Source of the DNA: a virus
Lineage: Duplodnaviria > Caudoviricetes
Virus record (IMG/VR): IMGVR_UViG_3300025018_000223
Location: 1 to 45,145 of that record
Direction: 5' to 3' (one strand)
DNA length: 45,145 nt
Shown: positions 26,474-37,717 of the stretch, piece after piece
Numbering within the stretch: position 1 is the stretch's first letter
How the letters are laid out: each line of letters begins with the position of its first letter
Position numbers and translations under genes: made by a program
Notes under the pieces: model-generated
Told to the model about the DNA's origin: nothing
Seen by the model: only the letters and a program-made list of their open reading frames with translations
Database searches by the model: none

Positions 26474-29055
26474 TGGCGAACCAGATTGAGACATCGTGGG
26501 GATTCAATCCCGTGTTGCCCTCCGTGGATAAGCGGGTAGACCCGAGCGCTGTGGGCATTGGTTTGCTTACGAAGGGCGTAGGCGTCGATGTACGCACGAT
26601 GGGTAGTCTCCGCCTGATGCCCGGGTTCCGCCGACTTCGATCCCAGTCCTCCGGCGTTGATGAGGGCCTTACCGCCAATGGGCGTATCTTCCCCGACGCA
26701 GACGCTCTGGGCGTAGCCCACGACGCCACCGTGTTCCTCACGGTTACGGACTTCCGCCGATTCACCGTCGAGAAACTCTACAATAATGGCGGAACCCTCG
26801 AACCTTACAAGATCAGCGGCTTCTGGGTCCGGGGCACTACGGACGGAACCACCTCCGCCGAGATCAGTCTGCTCCAGTTCCACGACGGTCAAACCGATCT
26901 CTGGAACCAGTACGTCCTCGAAATAGGAACCGCTGGATCAGGGATCGCCACCGACCCCGCGTGGATCGCCGTCTTCGGCAACTTCCTCTACTACTGCCGT
27001 CAAGGCATTGATCCCCAAGTCTGGTACTGGGACACCAACAACGACACACCCGCCTTCGTCCTCAATACAATGGGTCCGGGTATCCCCATCCCCCGCGAAG
27101 TCCCCACCGTCATTGACCGGGACGGGTCGGGGGGTGTCCTCAAGGATGGCTCCTACCTGCTCGCCTACAGATATGCGAACAAGCACCGGTGGCAGTATAC
27201 CTCCATGTCGGACACCGTTGAGGTGCAGATTCCCCAAACCAACGATCCCGCCATTGTCACCGGCGTTCTCTCTTTCTCTGTCCACTGTTCTGCGGGCATC
27301 ATCATCAAGGGCTCCTCGACCGCTTCGTTCACCATCGAAACTGAGATTGATGGAGACGCCACCGGCGTTGGAGGCCGCATCCCCGGTTCTTGCATTGTAT
27401 CAATTCCCTTCAACTGGGGAGAGGACATCCTGCCGGTTGAGCGGCTCACAGGCACCCGTATCCTGATTACCGGGCCCACCGATCCTGAGTTCCGAACTGT
27501 CCAGATTTTCCGGAGCATTAGCGCCGAGAGCGTGGGCGCTTTCAATGGCGGTGTCCTCTATCTCGAACACGAGTTTGACATGCCTGAGGCCGTTACCAGC
27601 ACGGAGGGTCGTGACGAGAACGGGGCATGGGATCGGGGCCATGGCAAGTGGGAACGATGGGTCGGGGACGATGGATTGGACCCCGGTTATGAAGAAGCGC
27701 CCAATGACGAAGTTCTCGTCAGCATTGCGGACGCTCGCTATGACCCGGTTAGGGACGCGGTGGGAGCCCCGCCCAAGAGTGGAGTCGTGGCTGTCTTCGA
27801 CGAGACCACCTTTATGGTGGACCCCGGTGACGCTGAGGGCCGCACGCTAGCGGACATTCGGTGGAGTAGTCTGAGCAAGAGGGCTCCCGAATCCTTCCCC
27901 GAACTCGACCACTACCGATACACACCTCCGGACCCCGATGATGCAGTTCTCCGCTTTGTCCCTGTGGATAAGGTCATGGTGGGCTTCAGTGACACCCATA
28001 TGTACCAGATTGAGTTGGCGGCGGGGGGTATCCGTCTGGAACCCGTCCAAGGAAGTTTTGGGCCTGTGGACCACCGTGCGGTCGTGCCTGTGGGTGGCCG
28101 TGTGATTCTTGTTCACTCACTCGGGGCGGGTGAGGTCGATAGCCGTTCGATGGACCTTGCGAACATCGTCGCCCTCGACCGGCGAATCCAGAATGAGTGG
28201 GGCGACACCCTCGACGACGTTCGCCTCTGTTATGACGCCCGCTACGGCGGCGTCTATATCCTGAATACGGCAACCAGAGAGATGTCGGTGATCGGCGTAA
28301 ACAGCAACGCTATTGCCGAGGTCGAGGACGCGAACTTCGTGGCCTGCACCGAGGGGCTGCAACCCGACGATCCCACCCCCGGCCAGTCCGCCTTCTTCAT
28401 TACGGATAGAGGTCTTGTTGTCTACCCAGACGCCGCTCGGCAGAACGCCAAGGGCACCCTCATCGAACTTACAGGGACTACTAGTGGAACTCTCACTACT
28501 GGGTCGGGGGGTGTCACTCTTATAGACAGTGCGGCCACCTTCCACGACGACCCCGTGGATTGCATCGTCCACCTGTTTGACCCCGACCGCGTCGAGTATA
28601 CGGCTACGGTCATCGCACGGGTTTCCCCAACCACCCTCCAGTTGGAGGGAGCCCCCGCCGCGATGGCCGTGGGCTGGTCCTACGAACTGAGTCCAATCCC
28701 GTTCGATGTCCAGTTCTGGAAACTGGGGGAGTCAAACGACCCTCGGTCCCCGGATGACCGGATGAGGGTCCGCACCGCCACCGCCGTCAAAGTCCTGTTC
28801 GATGGACTGGGCGGGTCGGGGTTGGTCGGGGCCGTGGCCACCATAGGTCTCGTCAAGGGGTCCGCATCCGTAGTGTTTGACAGTAGTGGAGAAGTCTCTA
28901 TCGCGGAGACCGCCTATAATCTTCCAGTGGAAACGTCCTCGTATGGACCCCTGATCTTTCCCCGAGTCCGCATTGTTCGCTCAGATGTCCGGTTTGACCT
29001 TCTGAGTCTGCTGGTGGAGGGGCGAGTCGAGAGTACCTATATGACGGAGAGATAG
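26473..29055 (+). CDS. Tail nozzle/stabilisation-type structural protein, 860 aa
   Basis: Beta-rich, IRWS..PESFP motif; size and position typical of podovirus nozzles. Confidence 0.55.
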   Translation: MANQIETSWGFNPVLPSVDKRVDPSAVGIGLLTKGVGVDVRTMGSLRLMPGFRRLRSQSSGVDEGLTANGRIFPDADALGVAHDATVFLTVTDFRRFTVEKLYNNGGTLEPYKISGFWVRGTTDGTTSAEISLLQFHDGQTDLWNQYVLEIGTAGSGIATDPAWIAVFGNFLYYCRQGIDPQVWYWDTNNDTPAFVLNTMGPGIPIPREVPTVIDRDGSGGVLKDGSYLLAYRYANKHRWQYTSMSDTVEVQIPQTNDPAIVTGVLSFSVHCSAGIIIKGSSTASFTIETEIDGDATGVGGRIPGSCIVSIPFNWGEDILPVERLTGTRILITGPTDPEFRTVQIFRSISAESVGAFNGGVLYLEHEFDMPEAVTSTEGRDENGAWDRGHGKWERWVGDDGLDPGYEEAPNDEVLVSIADARYDPVRDAVGAPPKSGVVAVFDETTFMVDPGDAEGRTLADIRWSSLSKRAPESFPELDHYRYTPPDPDDAVLRFVPVDKVMVGFSDTHMYQIELAAGGIRLEPVQGSFGPVDHRAVVPVGGRVILVHSLGAGEVDSRSMDLANIVALDRRIQNEWGDTLDDVRLCYDARYGGVYILNTATREMSVIGVNSNAIAEVEDANFVACTEGLQPDDPTPGQSAFFITDRGLVVYPDAARQNAKGTLIELTGTTSGTLTTGSGGVTLIDSAATFHDDPVDCIVHLFDPDRVEYTATVIARVSPTTLQLEGAPAAMAVGWSYELSPIPFDVQFWKLGESNDPRSPDDRMRVRTATAVKVLFDGLGGSGLVGAVATIGLVKGSASVVFDSSGEVSIAETAYNLPVETSSYGPLIFPRVRIVRSDVRFDLLSLLVEGRVESTYMTER

Positions 29056-29058
29056 CCC

Positions 29059-30402
29059 ATGAGCCAGTTCAGCGGTTTTGAGACCCTCAGCCCCTACATG
29101 AGATTCAAGGGTAATGCCCTCCCCAGCGATATACTCGCCCAGTATTTTGGGGTGAACCCGGGTATCTTTGCAGGTACTTCGTTCCATGATTTTGCCGACG
29201 CCCAGAACTTCCTCGAAGGGAAGCCTAACGTCTCTTTCACGACCCCCCAGATGAGGGGGCCCGCCGGATCGAGGGGGCCCAACGGGGAGAAACTACCGCC
29301 CCTCACAATCCCCAGCCTCTTCTCTGCTGCTCTTCAGGATCGTGACAAGGCCCAAGCGTTGGCGGACAAGCAGTATGGTAAGAACGAAGGAGCCATTGAG
29401 GACTTCCGCAAGGGTGTCAACACGGCAGCGGACGTAATCAGTAAGAAGGCCGAAGAGAGCCAGACCTTCATGCGGGGCCAGATCGACACCACGGAGCAGC
29501 GGAACCTCGACGCCGTCGAGGGGGTCAACGCCCAATCGAAGAAGAACGTGGAGCAGGCCAAGATCGACGAGGCCAAGTACCTCGCTCGTGTGGACAAGAT
29601 GGTGGGCCGCACTGAATCTGATCTCGCCCGGTCCAAGAAGGAATACCAAGACGCCACAGCCCAAAGTATCCAGAATCAGAGGCGGGCAGCCGACATCGAC
29701 TTCGGTCGCCAGATGGAGCAACTGGAGGCGACGGGTCGGGGGGCCTCCTCAACCGAAGTTCAACAGTTGAAGGCTCAATACACCGAGAATCTTGGTATCA
29801 TTGCCTCTCGTGCGGGAGAAGCCTACAATAATGCTCTTGCCTCCTTGAACATGAGTCAGGATGAACAGATGCGGCAGATGCGAACGGCAGCCACGAGCAT
29901 GGCTTTCGGGGCGATGCAGCAGACGCAGGGAGCCCGCAGCGAACGGCTCCAGTCAATGGCGAGTATGGCTGGTCTGGTGGCAAGCATCGGCAGCACCGCC
30001 AACGAGCAGCGCGCTGCGGTTGAGTCAATGTACCTCCAAGCGGAAACTACGGCCCAGCAACTCCGGGTCAACGGCCTTGGCGCTGTGGCCGACCTCATTA
30101 TGCGGAACGTCCCCGTCTATCTTCCAATCAGCGGCGTTATCGCCCAAGTGCTGGCGATGAAGAACTCTATGTATACGGGGCAGGGCTGGGGAGCGATTAG
30201 TGGAGGTTCCCAAAACCAAGCGGGTCGGGGTGGCCTCCAGTTCAATCAACCGCCTAGCCAGCAGGAGCCAGAGGCCCCCGAAGGTAAGATGTCGAAGGAG
30301 GGAGAAATCCAGTTTGACCCGAATCTTGGCAGAGGGATGCCAGACCCGCTGCCCCTCCCCCTCCCTCGTCCGGTGAAAAAGAAGCCTCCCTACATGTCGT
30401 AA
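29059..30402 (+). CDS. Internal virion (ejection-type) protein
   Basis: A/Q/M-rich coiled coil; follows tail genes. Confidence 0.55.
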   Translation: MSQFSGFETLSPYMRFKGNALPSDILAQYFGVNPGIFAGTSFHDFADAQNFLEGKPNVSFTTPQMRGPAGSRGPNGEKLPPLTIPSLFSAALQDRDKAQALADKQYGKNEGAIEDFRKGVNTAADVISKKAEESQTFMRGQIDTTEQRNLDAVEGVNAQSKKNVEQAKIDEAKYLARVDKMVGRTESDLARSKKEYQDATAQSIQNQRRAADIDFGRQMEQLEATGRGASSTEVQQLKAQYTENLGIIASRAGEAYNNALASLNMSQDEQMRQMRTAATSMAFGAMQQTQGARSERLQSMASMAGLVASIGSTANEQRAAVESMYLQAETTAQQLRVNGLGAVADLIMRNVPVYLPISGVIAQVLAMKNSMYTGQGWGAISGGSQNQAGRGGLQFNQPPSQQEPEAPEGKMSKEGEIQFDPNLGRGMPDPLPLPLPRPVKKKPPYMS

Positions 30403-30411
30403 GGATAATCT

Positions 30412-32025
30412 ATGACCCAGTTGAACACTCGACAACTTGACATTATCAATCCCGCTTCCTTCTTCAGTGAGGGGGCTGGGCAGTTTATCAATACGGAGAA
30501 TCAGAAGCGGCAGATTGGCGCAGAGCAGGGGATGCAGGCTCGGCAACTGGAGGCTCAGAGAGCCGCGATGGACCTCCAATCCAAGGACGCGATGGACGCC
30601 CGAATGTATGATTGGCAGTCCACTCTCCAGAGGCAGCGGCATGAAGAGAAGATGAGTAAAGAGGCTCGGGACTTTGCCACGATGACAGAGGAGAAGTCTC
30701 GGGATGCCATGCTTCGCACGGCTCTCCTGTCTCAACAGTTGATGAATATGAGCGCCTCGCATGATGCGGACGCTGCTGCTCGGATTCAGCAGGAACTCGA
30801 CAGCCATACCCTGAAGTCCCGACAGGATAATCTTGCGGCCCAACAAGCCCTAGTATCACTAGTCGCCCTCCGGTCGGGTGCAAGCGAAATGGCAGCCAAG
30901 AAAGCCGCACAGCAGGTGGCGCGTGATCTAAAGACGAAGACCGCCGAGATCGAGGAACTCCAAAACACCGCCGATTCTTTTGCCCCAAAGGTGATTGAGG
31001 AAATCCTCAAACGATCCCCCGGCTTCACCCTGAAAGTAGACAAAGGATATTGGGGTCGGGGCGCACACTTTCTCAAAAGTGCTCTTGTCCATGATGTACC
31101 CGAGACGAGGCGAATGAATTGGCTGGACGACGTAGAGGCTATTGCGGCTAGAGCCAGCCACGATCTGAATTCAGGGAAAACCCGAGAAGAATTGATCCCC
31201 GACTTTGTAAGAAATATTCAGGATGACCTGAAAGTATTAGGGGTTGAGGGGCTTCCCGACGACCAGATTGGGAATCTGATTGGTCTAGAGGGCAAGGAAC
31301 TCGCTCGACGGTTGGATGGCATGAGGCGGGAAACCGAAACCCATAAAGCAATCTTCTCGACGCTAGGGGACGCCATGACCAGTCTCGCTCAGGCGGGGGG
31401 CGAGGGTGACGCCAGTAAGATCACGGGGGATATAACAAAAATCGTTGAGGTTCTAAAGGGCGAGACGCACCCCGCACAGGCGATGGATACACTCCAAAAG
31501 ATGGTGGAGAACCATGAGATTTCGGATCGGAGTGTCCGCACCTATCTTCACCTTATTCAGAGTGTCGCCACCAGTTTGCGGAGTACGGCGGGTTCAGACG
31601 ATGCGTTGGAGTACGCCGCGTCGCTGGGCCCGTTGGCGGCGCACGCCAGCGCCATCCTTGGAAGACTGGAGCCCACCAATGTTGATGTGAGCGATAAAGA
31701 AGAAGAGTACCGTAAACAGTTTACGTCCGAGGAGGTTACTAAGGCATTGGAGGGGACATCATTGGATGAGTCTCTGGGTAACCAGTTGGAGTCCTTGGGC
31801 TTTGGCGATCTCGCCAAGCAGTTACAGGCCGAGGGTTTGTCTCCCGCAGTAACAGATCAAGTGCGCCGGCGACTCTCCGATCAGGGCACTCAGCAGAATG
31901 TTGACTATGAGAATCAAAAGGCTCGGCTGGAAGCCGACGCCGTTCGGAACAAGACCCTGACGCCTCAAGAGATAAAGGCGGCGAGAAATCTGATTGACCA
32001 GTTGATGCAAGCGTATAAGGAGTAG
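30412..32025 (+). CDS. Internal virion (ejection-type) protein
   Basis: Helical coiled coil; AAGGA RBS. Confidence 0.55.
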   Translation: MTQLNTRQLDIINPASFFSEGAGQFINTENQKRQIGAEQGMQARQLEAQRAAMDLQSKDAMDARMYDWQSTLQRQRHEEKMSKEARDFATMTEEKSRDAMLRTALLSQQLMNMSASHDADAAARIQQELDSHTLKSRQDNLAAQQALVSLVALRSGASEMAAKKAAQQVARDLKTKTAEIEELQNTADSFAPKVIEEILKRSPGFTLKVDKGYWGRGAHFLKSALVHDVPETRRMNWLDDVEAIAARASHDLNSGKTREELIPDFVRNIQDDLKVLGVEGLPDDQIGNLIGLEGKELARRLDGMRRETETHKAIFSTLGDAMTSLAQAGGEGDASKITGDITKIVEVLKGETHPAQAMDTLQKMVENHEISDRSVRTYLHLIQSVATSLRSTAGSDDALEYAASLGPLAAHASAILGRLEPTNVDVSDKEEEYRKQFTSEEVTKALEGTSLDESLGNQLESLGFGDLAKQLQAEGLSPAVTDQVRRRLSDQGTQQNVDYENQKARLEADAVRNKTLTPQEIKAARNLIDQLMQAYKE

Positions 32026-32028
32026 AAA

Positions 32029-32595
32029 GTGCCTCTCAACCTTCTCTTTCTATTGATGAGCCTTCTGCCTCTCCTTGCAAAGGGGGGTAAGGTTCTTGGC
32101 GCTGTGGGTAAGGGCGCTCTCGCCGCCAACAAGACCGCGATGGCGGGCAAGGGTATCGCCCGGGGTATGAAGTATGGTAGAGCGGTGGCGGGTCATAACA
32201 TCAAGAAGAACGTCAAGTTCGGTCTAGGGGACGCCGCGAACCTCGGCATAACAGGTTTGGTCGGCGCGGAGATGTTGAAGGGGCCCCTCATTGAGCAACC
32301 GGAAGCGGAAGCCGCCGCCCTTGAGCAGCAGTACGGCGGGATGATTCAGGGAGACATGCTCAATCGTCAGTTGGCCTCGGAACAGGCAACGAGTCGGTTA
32401 CTCGATATCCCCGGCCAGATTTCGGACGCACAGCAAGCCAACCTGAACCCCTACGACGCGATCATGCGGGATAGTAATATTCAAGCAGCGGTCGAGGCCG
32501 CGATAGCCCAGCATCAAGAACTGTTGTCCAAGACGATCCAGCGGCCCGCGTCACCCTCGCTCATGGACATGTACCGCACCTACGGAGGTTCCTAA
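32029..32595 (+). CDS. Internal virion protein with a hydrophobic/amphipathic N-terminus
   Basis: GTG start; MPLNLLFLLMSLLPLLAKGGKVLG. Confidence 0.55.
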   Translation: MPLNLLFLLMSLLPLLAKGGKVLGAVGKGALAANKTAMAGKGIARGMKYGRAVAGHNIKKNVKFGLGDAANLGITGLVGAEMLKGPLIEQPEAEAAALEQQYGGMIQGDMLNRQLASEQATSRLLDIPGQISDAQQANLNPYDAIMRDSNIQAAVEAAIAQHQELLSKTIQRPASPSLMDMYRTYGGS

Positions 32596-33923
32596 TGCCC
32601 CCCGCTCTAAAGATGGTCGGTGGTCTCTTCAAGGCTGCCAAGAAGATCAAGAGGTCCGTGGTGCTCAACCAAGCCAAGTTCACCGCCCCCGCACTAAGGA
32701 AACGCGCCCTGAAGCGGGCGGAGCAACTCCTCACCTACGCCCACTCCCGTGAAGTCTACAAGAGCATGAGGGGCAAGATGTCTATGAAAGAGATCGAAGC
32801 CCTTGTGCGTCGGCACCCTGATTTCGAGGCGCAAACGAAGAACCTCGCAGACTACTGGATGGCCAACGGCACGGTTCCTACGTACCACGGTGTCCGTAAC
32901 ATGGCTCGGAAGCGTAGGGTCGTCAAGTCCGTCCAGCGCCGAGCCGAGAAATGGGCGGCTACCACTGAGGCTGCCAAGATCGAAAGCGATAAGCGGGCGG
33001 TTACAGAGGTGGATGCGATGTCCGCAGACTACGCGGAGGCCCAAGACGCCCTGAAGTCCCGCACCGAACTGGAAGAGGAATCCCGCCACACCATCTGGAA
33101 TACCCGCCAGATGCCCGAAGGGGGAAGGCTCGATACAACCGAAGGCCCGATGAATATCGGGGGCGGTTTCGTTCCCATGACGGGGGGTATGCCCGGCCGG
33201 GACGCGATTACGCCTCGCCCAGAGTTCCTAGCCCGAAAGGCCGAGATTCTGGAGAAGAAGGCTCTCGTTGATAAGTATCGCCGTGCCCGAGAGGTCCAGT
33301 CTGCTCTGGATCACTCGCTCGCTGAAGCGGGCCAGCAGCAGACACCTCTGCTGGAGAACTTCCTCGAAGAGACTGGTGGTGAAACCCCGGGTGACATCGC
33401 AGGTCTGATGATCCCCGCACCGAAACCAGTTCTTGACACGCTGGGCCAACACCTGCCTTCACGTCCGGGTGGACCTCTGCCGGGCAGCAGCCTGAAGAAC
33501 AAAACTCCCCCCAGTTATCTGCGGAAGTTTGGCCCTCAAGCCGCGATGCTAGCCGCCATCTTTGGGCTCGATCCTCTCATGCGACGGGTCGGGGAAGCAC
33601 AGGCAGCCCCGGGCAGGGTCCGGCAGCAGGGGCAGAATGCACTATCAACCCTTGGTTCAGGGTTGCCTTCCGAAGAAGAGTTGATCGGCCTGATGTCCCA
33701 GAATAGGGCACGGATGGCCGCAATGGACCCCCAAGTGGTTAGCCAGTTGATGGGCAATAGAGCCTCCACTTCGGGTGAGTTTGTAGTTGGTTCTCCGCAG
33801 GGCCCTGACATTCTCAATCAGGTAATCATGCGGTCGATGTTGAACGGTTCTGCGGCTGGCGGAGAAGGTCTCAGCCAGTTGGACCCCCAAGTTCTAAAGA
33901 TGCTTATGCAGGGAAGTAGGTAA
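32595..33923 (+). CDS. Internal virion (ejection-type) protein
   Basis: Coupled ORF, GGAGG RBS, basic amphipathic N-terminus. Confidence 0.55.
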   Translation: MPPALKMVGGLFKAAKKIKRSVVLNQAKFTAPALRKRALKRAEQLLTYAHSREVYKSMRGKMSMKEIEALVRRHPDFEAQTKNLADYWMANGTVPTYHGVRNMARKRRVVKSVQRRAEKWAATTEAAKIESDKRAVTEVDAMSADYAEAQDALKSRTELEEESRHTIWNTRQMPEGGRLDTTEGPMNIGGGFVPMTGGMPGRDAITPRPEFLARKAEILEKKALVDKYRRAREVQSALDHSLAEAGQQQTPLLENFLEETGGETPGDIAGLMIPAPKPVLDTLGQHLPSRPGGPLPGSSLKNKTPPSYLRKFGPQAAMLAAIFGLDPLMRRVGEAQAAPGRVRQQGQNALSTLGSGLPSEEELIGLMSQNRARMAAMDPQVVSQLMGNRASTSGEFVVGSPQGPDILNQVIMRSMLNGSAAGGEGLSQLDPQVLKMLMQGSR

Positions 33924-33925
33924 CA

Positions 33926-34321
33926 ATGGCATTACTGAATGTAACTCAGGTGGCGACCCGTCTTGTGGAGGCGACGAAGGGTAACATCTTCTTCACCGCT
34001 GACCGAGACTACTGGGTCAAGTCAATTAGAATCATCAAGTCGGGTGATTCGGCTGCAACTGAGATCATGGTCGAGAAACTCAACGACGGAGACGTGGCGG
34101 GAGCGGGCACAGACCTGCTGGCTGCGGCCCAAGACCTGTCCACCACCCCGGACAACCGGAAGGTGTACGACCAGACTCTTACTCCGACACTGGCCGAACG
34201 ACAGATTCTGGCGGGTCAGTCCCTCGGGACCAACACGGTGGGCGTAACGAACACCGTTGTCGGCGAGGTTCTCATCCAAGTGACGCTGGCCTCGACCTCG
34301 GACGCGGCTAAGGTTGGCTAA
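33926..34321 (+). CDS. Small beta-rich structural protein (possible decoration protein)
   Basis: 131 aa, T/V/A-rich. Confidence 0.5.
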   Translation: MALLNVTQVATRLVEATKGNIFFTADRDYWVKSIRIIKSGDSAATEIMVEKLNDGDVAGAGTDLLAAAQDLSTTPDNRKVYDQTLTPTLAERQILAGQSLGTNTVGVTNTVVGEVLIQVTLASTSDAAKVG

Positions 34322-34387
34322 ATCGAAGTAAATCGTGGTAACCCCCGGTAATCTCGCTATAATTGGGTAGCCACACCGGAGAAACCC

Positions 34388-37300
34388 ATGAGCCAATTCA
34401 ATAACCCCATGAACGTAGGGCCCTCCGCATCCGTTCCAGTGCGGAGGGTTACTGCGTTTGATCGACCTGCCATAGCCGGAGCCCGACTGCTGGACCTTGA
34501 TCCCCGGTCGGCCTTCTTGGCTATGGTCTCGCCCAACAGCCTTAGCCCCTCTCAGCGGGAGACGCTGGCGGATCAGGTGGGCCCCGGCAACGGGATTATG
34601 AAGGCAATCATGTCGGTTGCCACCAACCCTCTGTTCCTCGTGGGCGCATTACTCGCGTTCAAGCATCCTCTTCCCACTGCCGCTAACATCTTCAAGACGG
34701 CTAAGGGCTTTGGGGCCTATACCCGCAAGACCGCTCCCCTGTTTAGGTGGCTCAACTCCAGTTGGGACAATTATCGGGGCACCACAATTCCCCAACTAAT
34801 GCACCACTCTGCGATGCAGATTCAGTGGACAAACCACTTCCACATGACCCCCGTATCCCACGCTATCACCGCGTGGGAGAAAGCAATGGGCCGCAAGTTC
34901 GATGGAAGTGTGGAGAATATCCTCGTCCACGCGAAACTAGGAGGGCTGGATCGGGTCGTCACCCGCGATCTGAAGAAGGTCGTCACCAAGAGGGGAGCCA
35001 TCGTTGATATCAAGAGGATTCCCAAAACCTACCAACCTCTCTTCAAGCCCATCCAACTCGACCCCCTTGCCCAAAGAATCCACGACGTTATCCGGAAATC
35101 CTATGAGCAGCAGTGGGAGAACATGACCGATAATCCTCTCGCATTGGCTCAGGGCATCCGGTCGATGCGAAAGGGTGATCTTCGTATTGGAGACCCCGAC
35201 CGCGTATTCTTCGAGGGCCTGTTCGACGGAAATACCCTGAACTCCATATTGAAGGCGAAGCACCTTACCCTATCTAAACTTGAGAAGGTGCTTACAGAAT
35301 ACTTTGAGAAAGACCCTGCCTACCATCCTCGCTACCGGGTGGGTGGCGAGGACGCATTCGCCAACCGGGTGGCTCAGGCTCGGTCTGAAGGTAAGAATGG
35401 GGTCAACGCGGTCAAGGCGGTGATGGACGAGACCCTCGAAAGAGAACTCGTCAGGGCGGGAGTCGGCTCCAAGACTCGGGCCCGCGTCCGAGCGGCAGCC
35501 GCTCCTCACACCGCCAACCCCTCCCTCTATGCCCGGCAGAACACCACCCTGTGGGACAACTACGATCCTGAAGCCCTCGCTAGGGTCCGTGACCATCTCA
35601 TCGACAAAGACCTGCCCGAGCGGAACCGCCGTCGCATCACCCACATAAGAGAGGCGGGGAAGGATACTCACAGCACCCCCTTCACCATGAACGCTCAGAG
35701 GGCGTGGGAGGAATACACCAACCGAGCGGCAGTCACAAAAACCCTATACCTCGACCGGGTTCCTGACTGGATTGTGAAGATGAACAAGGAGTTGGCGGAC
35801 ACACCCAAAGTACCTCTCGAAGAGAATATGTCTATCGGAATGGCGTTTCGGGCCGAGTACGAAAGTATCCCGTCCGAAGCCCTACGCCGAGACCTAGCGG
35901 ACATATGGCTTCCCACGGTCAAGGGTCAACTCACTGTTCCCCAATTCAACCAACGACTATTCTGGTCCGGCATCAAGAAGCGTTTTGGCGAGGCGCTCGA
36001 CGGAGGTTCCCCCGACCCGTCTAAGCCAGCCGGGGTAATTGGGCCGCTGCTGCAAAAGACCTTGGGAGAGAAGGGGTACGAGAACTTTCGTCTTCACTTG
36101 GAGAAGGTGCCCCGGGGTCAGATAGGTACGAGTCTGGCGAGTTGGCTGTATACGGGCGCTCTGGGCCTGAGCCCCGGCGCGGCGTTCCAGAACATGTTTC
36201 AGACCTACTTGACCACCTCCCAGTTTCTTCCGTTCAAGCATGTGATGACGGGTCAACTGAAGGCGTTGAGTTCCCTGCGATCCTATGCAGCCGATCGACT
36301 GGGGGGAATGCCTAGTCGGGAGGCTGCGGGCCGCTCGTTCCAGTCTCTTATCAACATCGGGCAGGAACTAGACCCCCGGTTTACCCGAGGTCTTGCCGCC
36401 TCGCTGGAGGGTTCCTTCCAAGCAGGTCTGTCCTCCGTACAAGGGATCAAGTCTAAGGCCGAGCAACTACAGAACATCTCGATGGCTATGTTCACGACCT
36501 CGGAGCGTTTCGTTCGACTTACGGCTGCCTACGGGGCAGAGAGTTTTGCCGCCGCATCAGGCATAGCCACTGGTTCGTCGGAGTCCCTCAACTTCATCAA
36601 TCAAGTGGTCCAGCGGACCCAGTTCAGTGCGGGTGTGTCCAATATTCCTAGGGCACTCGTCAATCTACCCGCCCCCCTCAAGCAGTTCGTGAAGTTCCCC
36701 CTCAGTCTGGCGACTACTCTCACCTCGGCCAGTCCTTATGTGGGGGGTGGGGCTCCCCGTGCCCTCAGTGGCGGTCTTGGTAGGGCGCTCGTGGGGTCCA
36801 CGGCCATATTCGAGGCGGGTCGGGCCCTCTTCGACGTGGACACCGACCGGATGCTACTCTTCGGAGGACTTCCTCTCCCCGAACCAGATGGGCCCTTGGC
36901 CCCGTTCCCCTTTGTCCCCCCCGCCGTTGGTGCTGCGGCTTCCGGCGTCCAAGCCCTTGTGGGAGGAGACCCCACCCAACTGCGTTATGCCTTGACCCCT
37001 TTTATTCCCGGTGGAGTATCCCTAGCCAAGGTGGCTCCCTTTGCTGCCCCCGGGGTTGCCGAGCAGTTAGGGCTCGCCCACATCGACTGGAACAACCCTC
37101 TCAATGGACAGTTCCCCTACTATAGCCAGACAGGGGCACTCGTGGGTTACTTCAGTAAGGAGCAACTTGCACTCAAGGCGATGGGTCTCGATAACACCGG
37201 CACCCAACGAGAGGGTGACGTTCTCCACTATCTCACTGCACAGCGGGATAAGATCAGGGCGACTCGTCGGTCCTATGCGGAGGCGTTGTGGGCCAGTGAG

Positions 37301-37717
37301 TTTGATAAAGCCCAGAAGATCGAGCACGAGTGGGGTCGCAACTGGCCGGAGATGGGCCCCATCACGGTCTCCAAAACGGACTACCAGAATCTCCAGACTC
37401 GACTGACCATGACCCGCATGGAGCGAGCGATCCAGACGCTCCCGCCCGACCTCCGGCCCATATTCAGTGCGGCGGTCGCCGCAGGTCTAACTCCCCGATT
37501 CGCCGGGATGTTCGGCCTTGATGCCCAGATGCTGGGAGCCTCAGTCAGTAACCGAAACGCGGCCCGACCCCGTGGTCCGATAACCCAACAGCGGGGTCTC
37601 TACGGGGGAGGCGGGTCGGGGGTCAACCAACAGGCACCCCCCAGCGGAACACCCTTCGTAGGCTTCCGTGGGTTCCAATCCCCTATGGATACAACCGATC
37701 AGATTCCCCTCTACTGA
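34388..37717 (+). CDS. Large internal virion/ejection protein, 1109 aa
   Basis: Last and largest gene of the virion module; helical with G/A-rich hydrophobic segments; GGAG RBS and a CTATAAT box upstream. Confidence 0.6.
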   Translation: MSQFNNPMNVGPSASVPVRRVTAFDRPAIAGARLLDLDPRSAFLAMVSPNSLSPSQRETLADQVGPGNGIMKAIMSVATNPLFLVGALLAFKHPLPTAANIFKTAKGFGAYTRKTAPLFRWLNSSWDNYRGTTIPQLMHHSAMQIQWTNHFHMTPVSHAITAWEKAMGRKFDGSVENILVHAKLGGLDRVVTRDLKKVVTKRGAIVDIKRIPKTYQPLFKPIQLDPLAQRIHDVIRKSYEQQWENMTDNPLALAQGIRSMRKGDLRIGDPDRVFFEGLFDGNTLNSILKAKHLTLSKLEKVLTEYFEKDPAYHPRYRVGGEDAFANRVAQARSEGKNGVNAVKAVMDETLERELVRAGVGSKTRARVRAAAAPHTANPSLYARQNTTLWDNYDPEALARVRDHLIDKDLPERNRRRITHIREAGKDTHSTPFTMNAQRAWEEYTNRAAVTKTLYLDRVPDWIVKMNKELADTPKVPLEENMSIGMAFRAEYESIPSEALRRDLADIWLPTVKGQLTVPQFNQRLFWSGIKKRFGEALDGGSPDPSKPAGVIGPLLQKTLGEKGYENFRLHLEKVPRGQIGTSLASWLYTGALGLSPGAAFQNMFQTYLTTSQFLPFKHVMTGQLKALSSLRSYAADRLGGMPSREAAGRSFQSLINIGQELDPRFTRGLAASLEGSFQAGLSSVQGIKSKAEQLQNISMAMFTTSERFVRLTAAYGAESFAAASGIATGSSESLNFINQVVQRTQFSAGVSNIPRALVNLPAPLKQFVKFPLSLATTLTSASPYVGGGAPRALSGGLGRALVGSTAIFEAGRALFDVDTDRMLLFGGLPLPEPDGPLAPFPFVPPAVGAAASGVQALVGGDPTQLRYALTPFIPGGVSLAKVAPFAAPGVAEQLGLAHIDWNNPLNGQFPYYSQTGALVGYFSKEQLALKAMGLDNTGTQREGDVLHYLTAQRDKIRATRRSYAEALWASEFDKAQKIEHEWGRNWPEMGPITVSKTDYQNLQTRLTMTRMERAIQTLPPDLRPIFSAAVAAGLTPRFAGMFGLDAQMLGASVSNRNAARPRGPITQQRGLYGGGGSGVNQQAPPSGTPFVGFRGFQSPMDTTDQIPLY

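Noticed and set aside
25403-29055. Diversity-generating retroelement acting on tail genes
   Set aside because: No reverse transcriptase and no template/variable repeat pair seen
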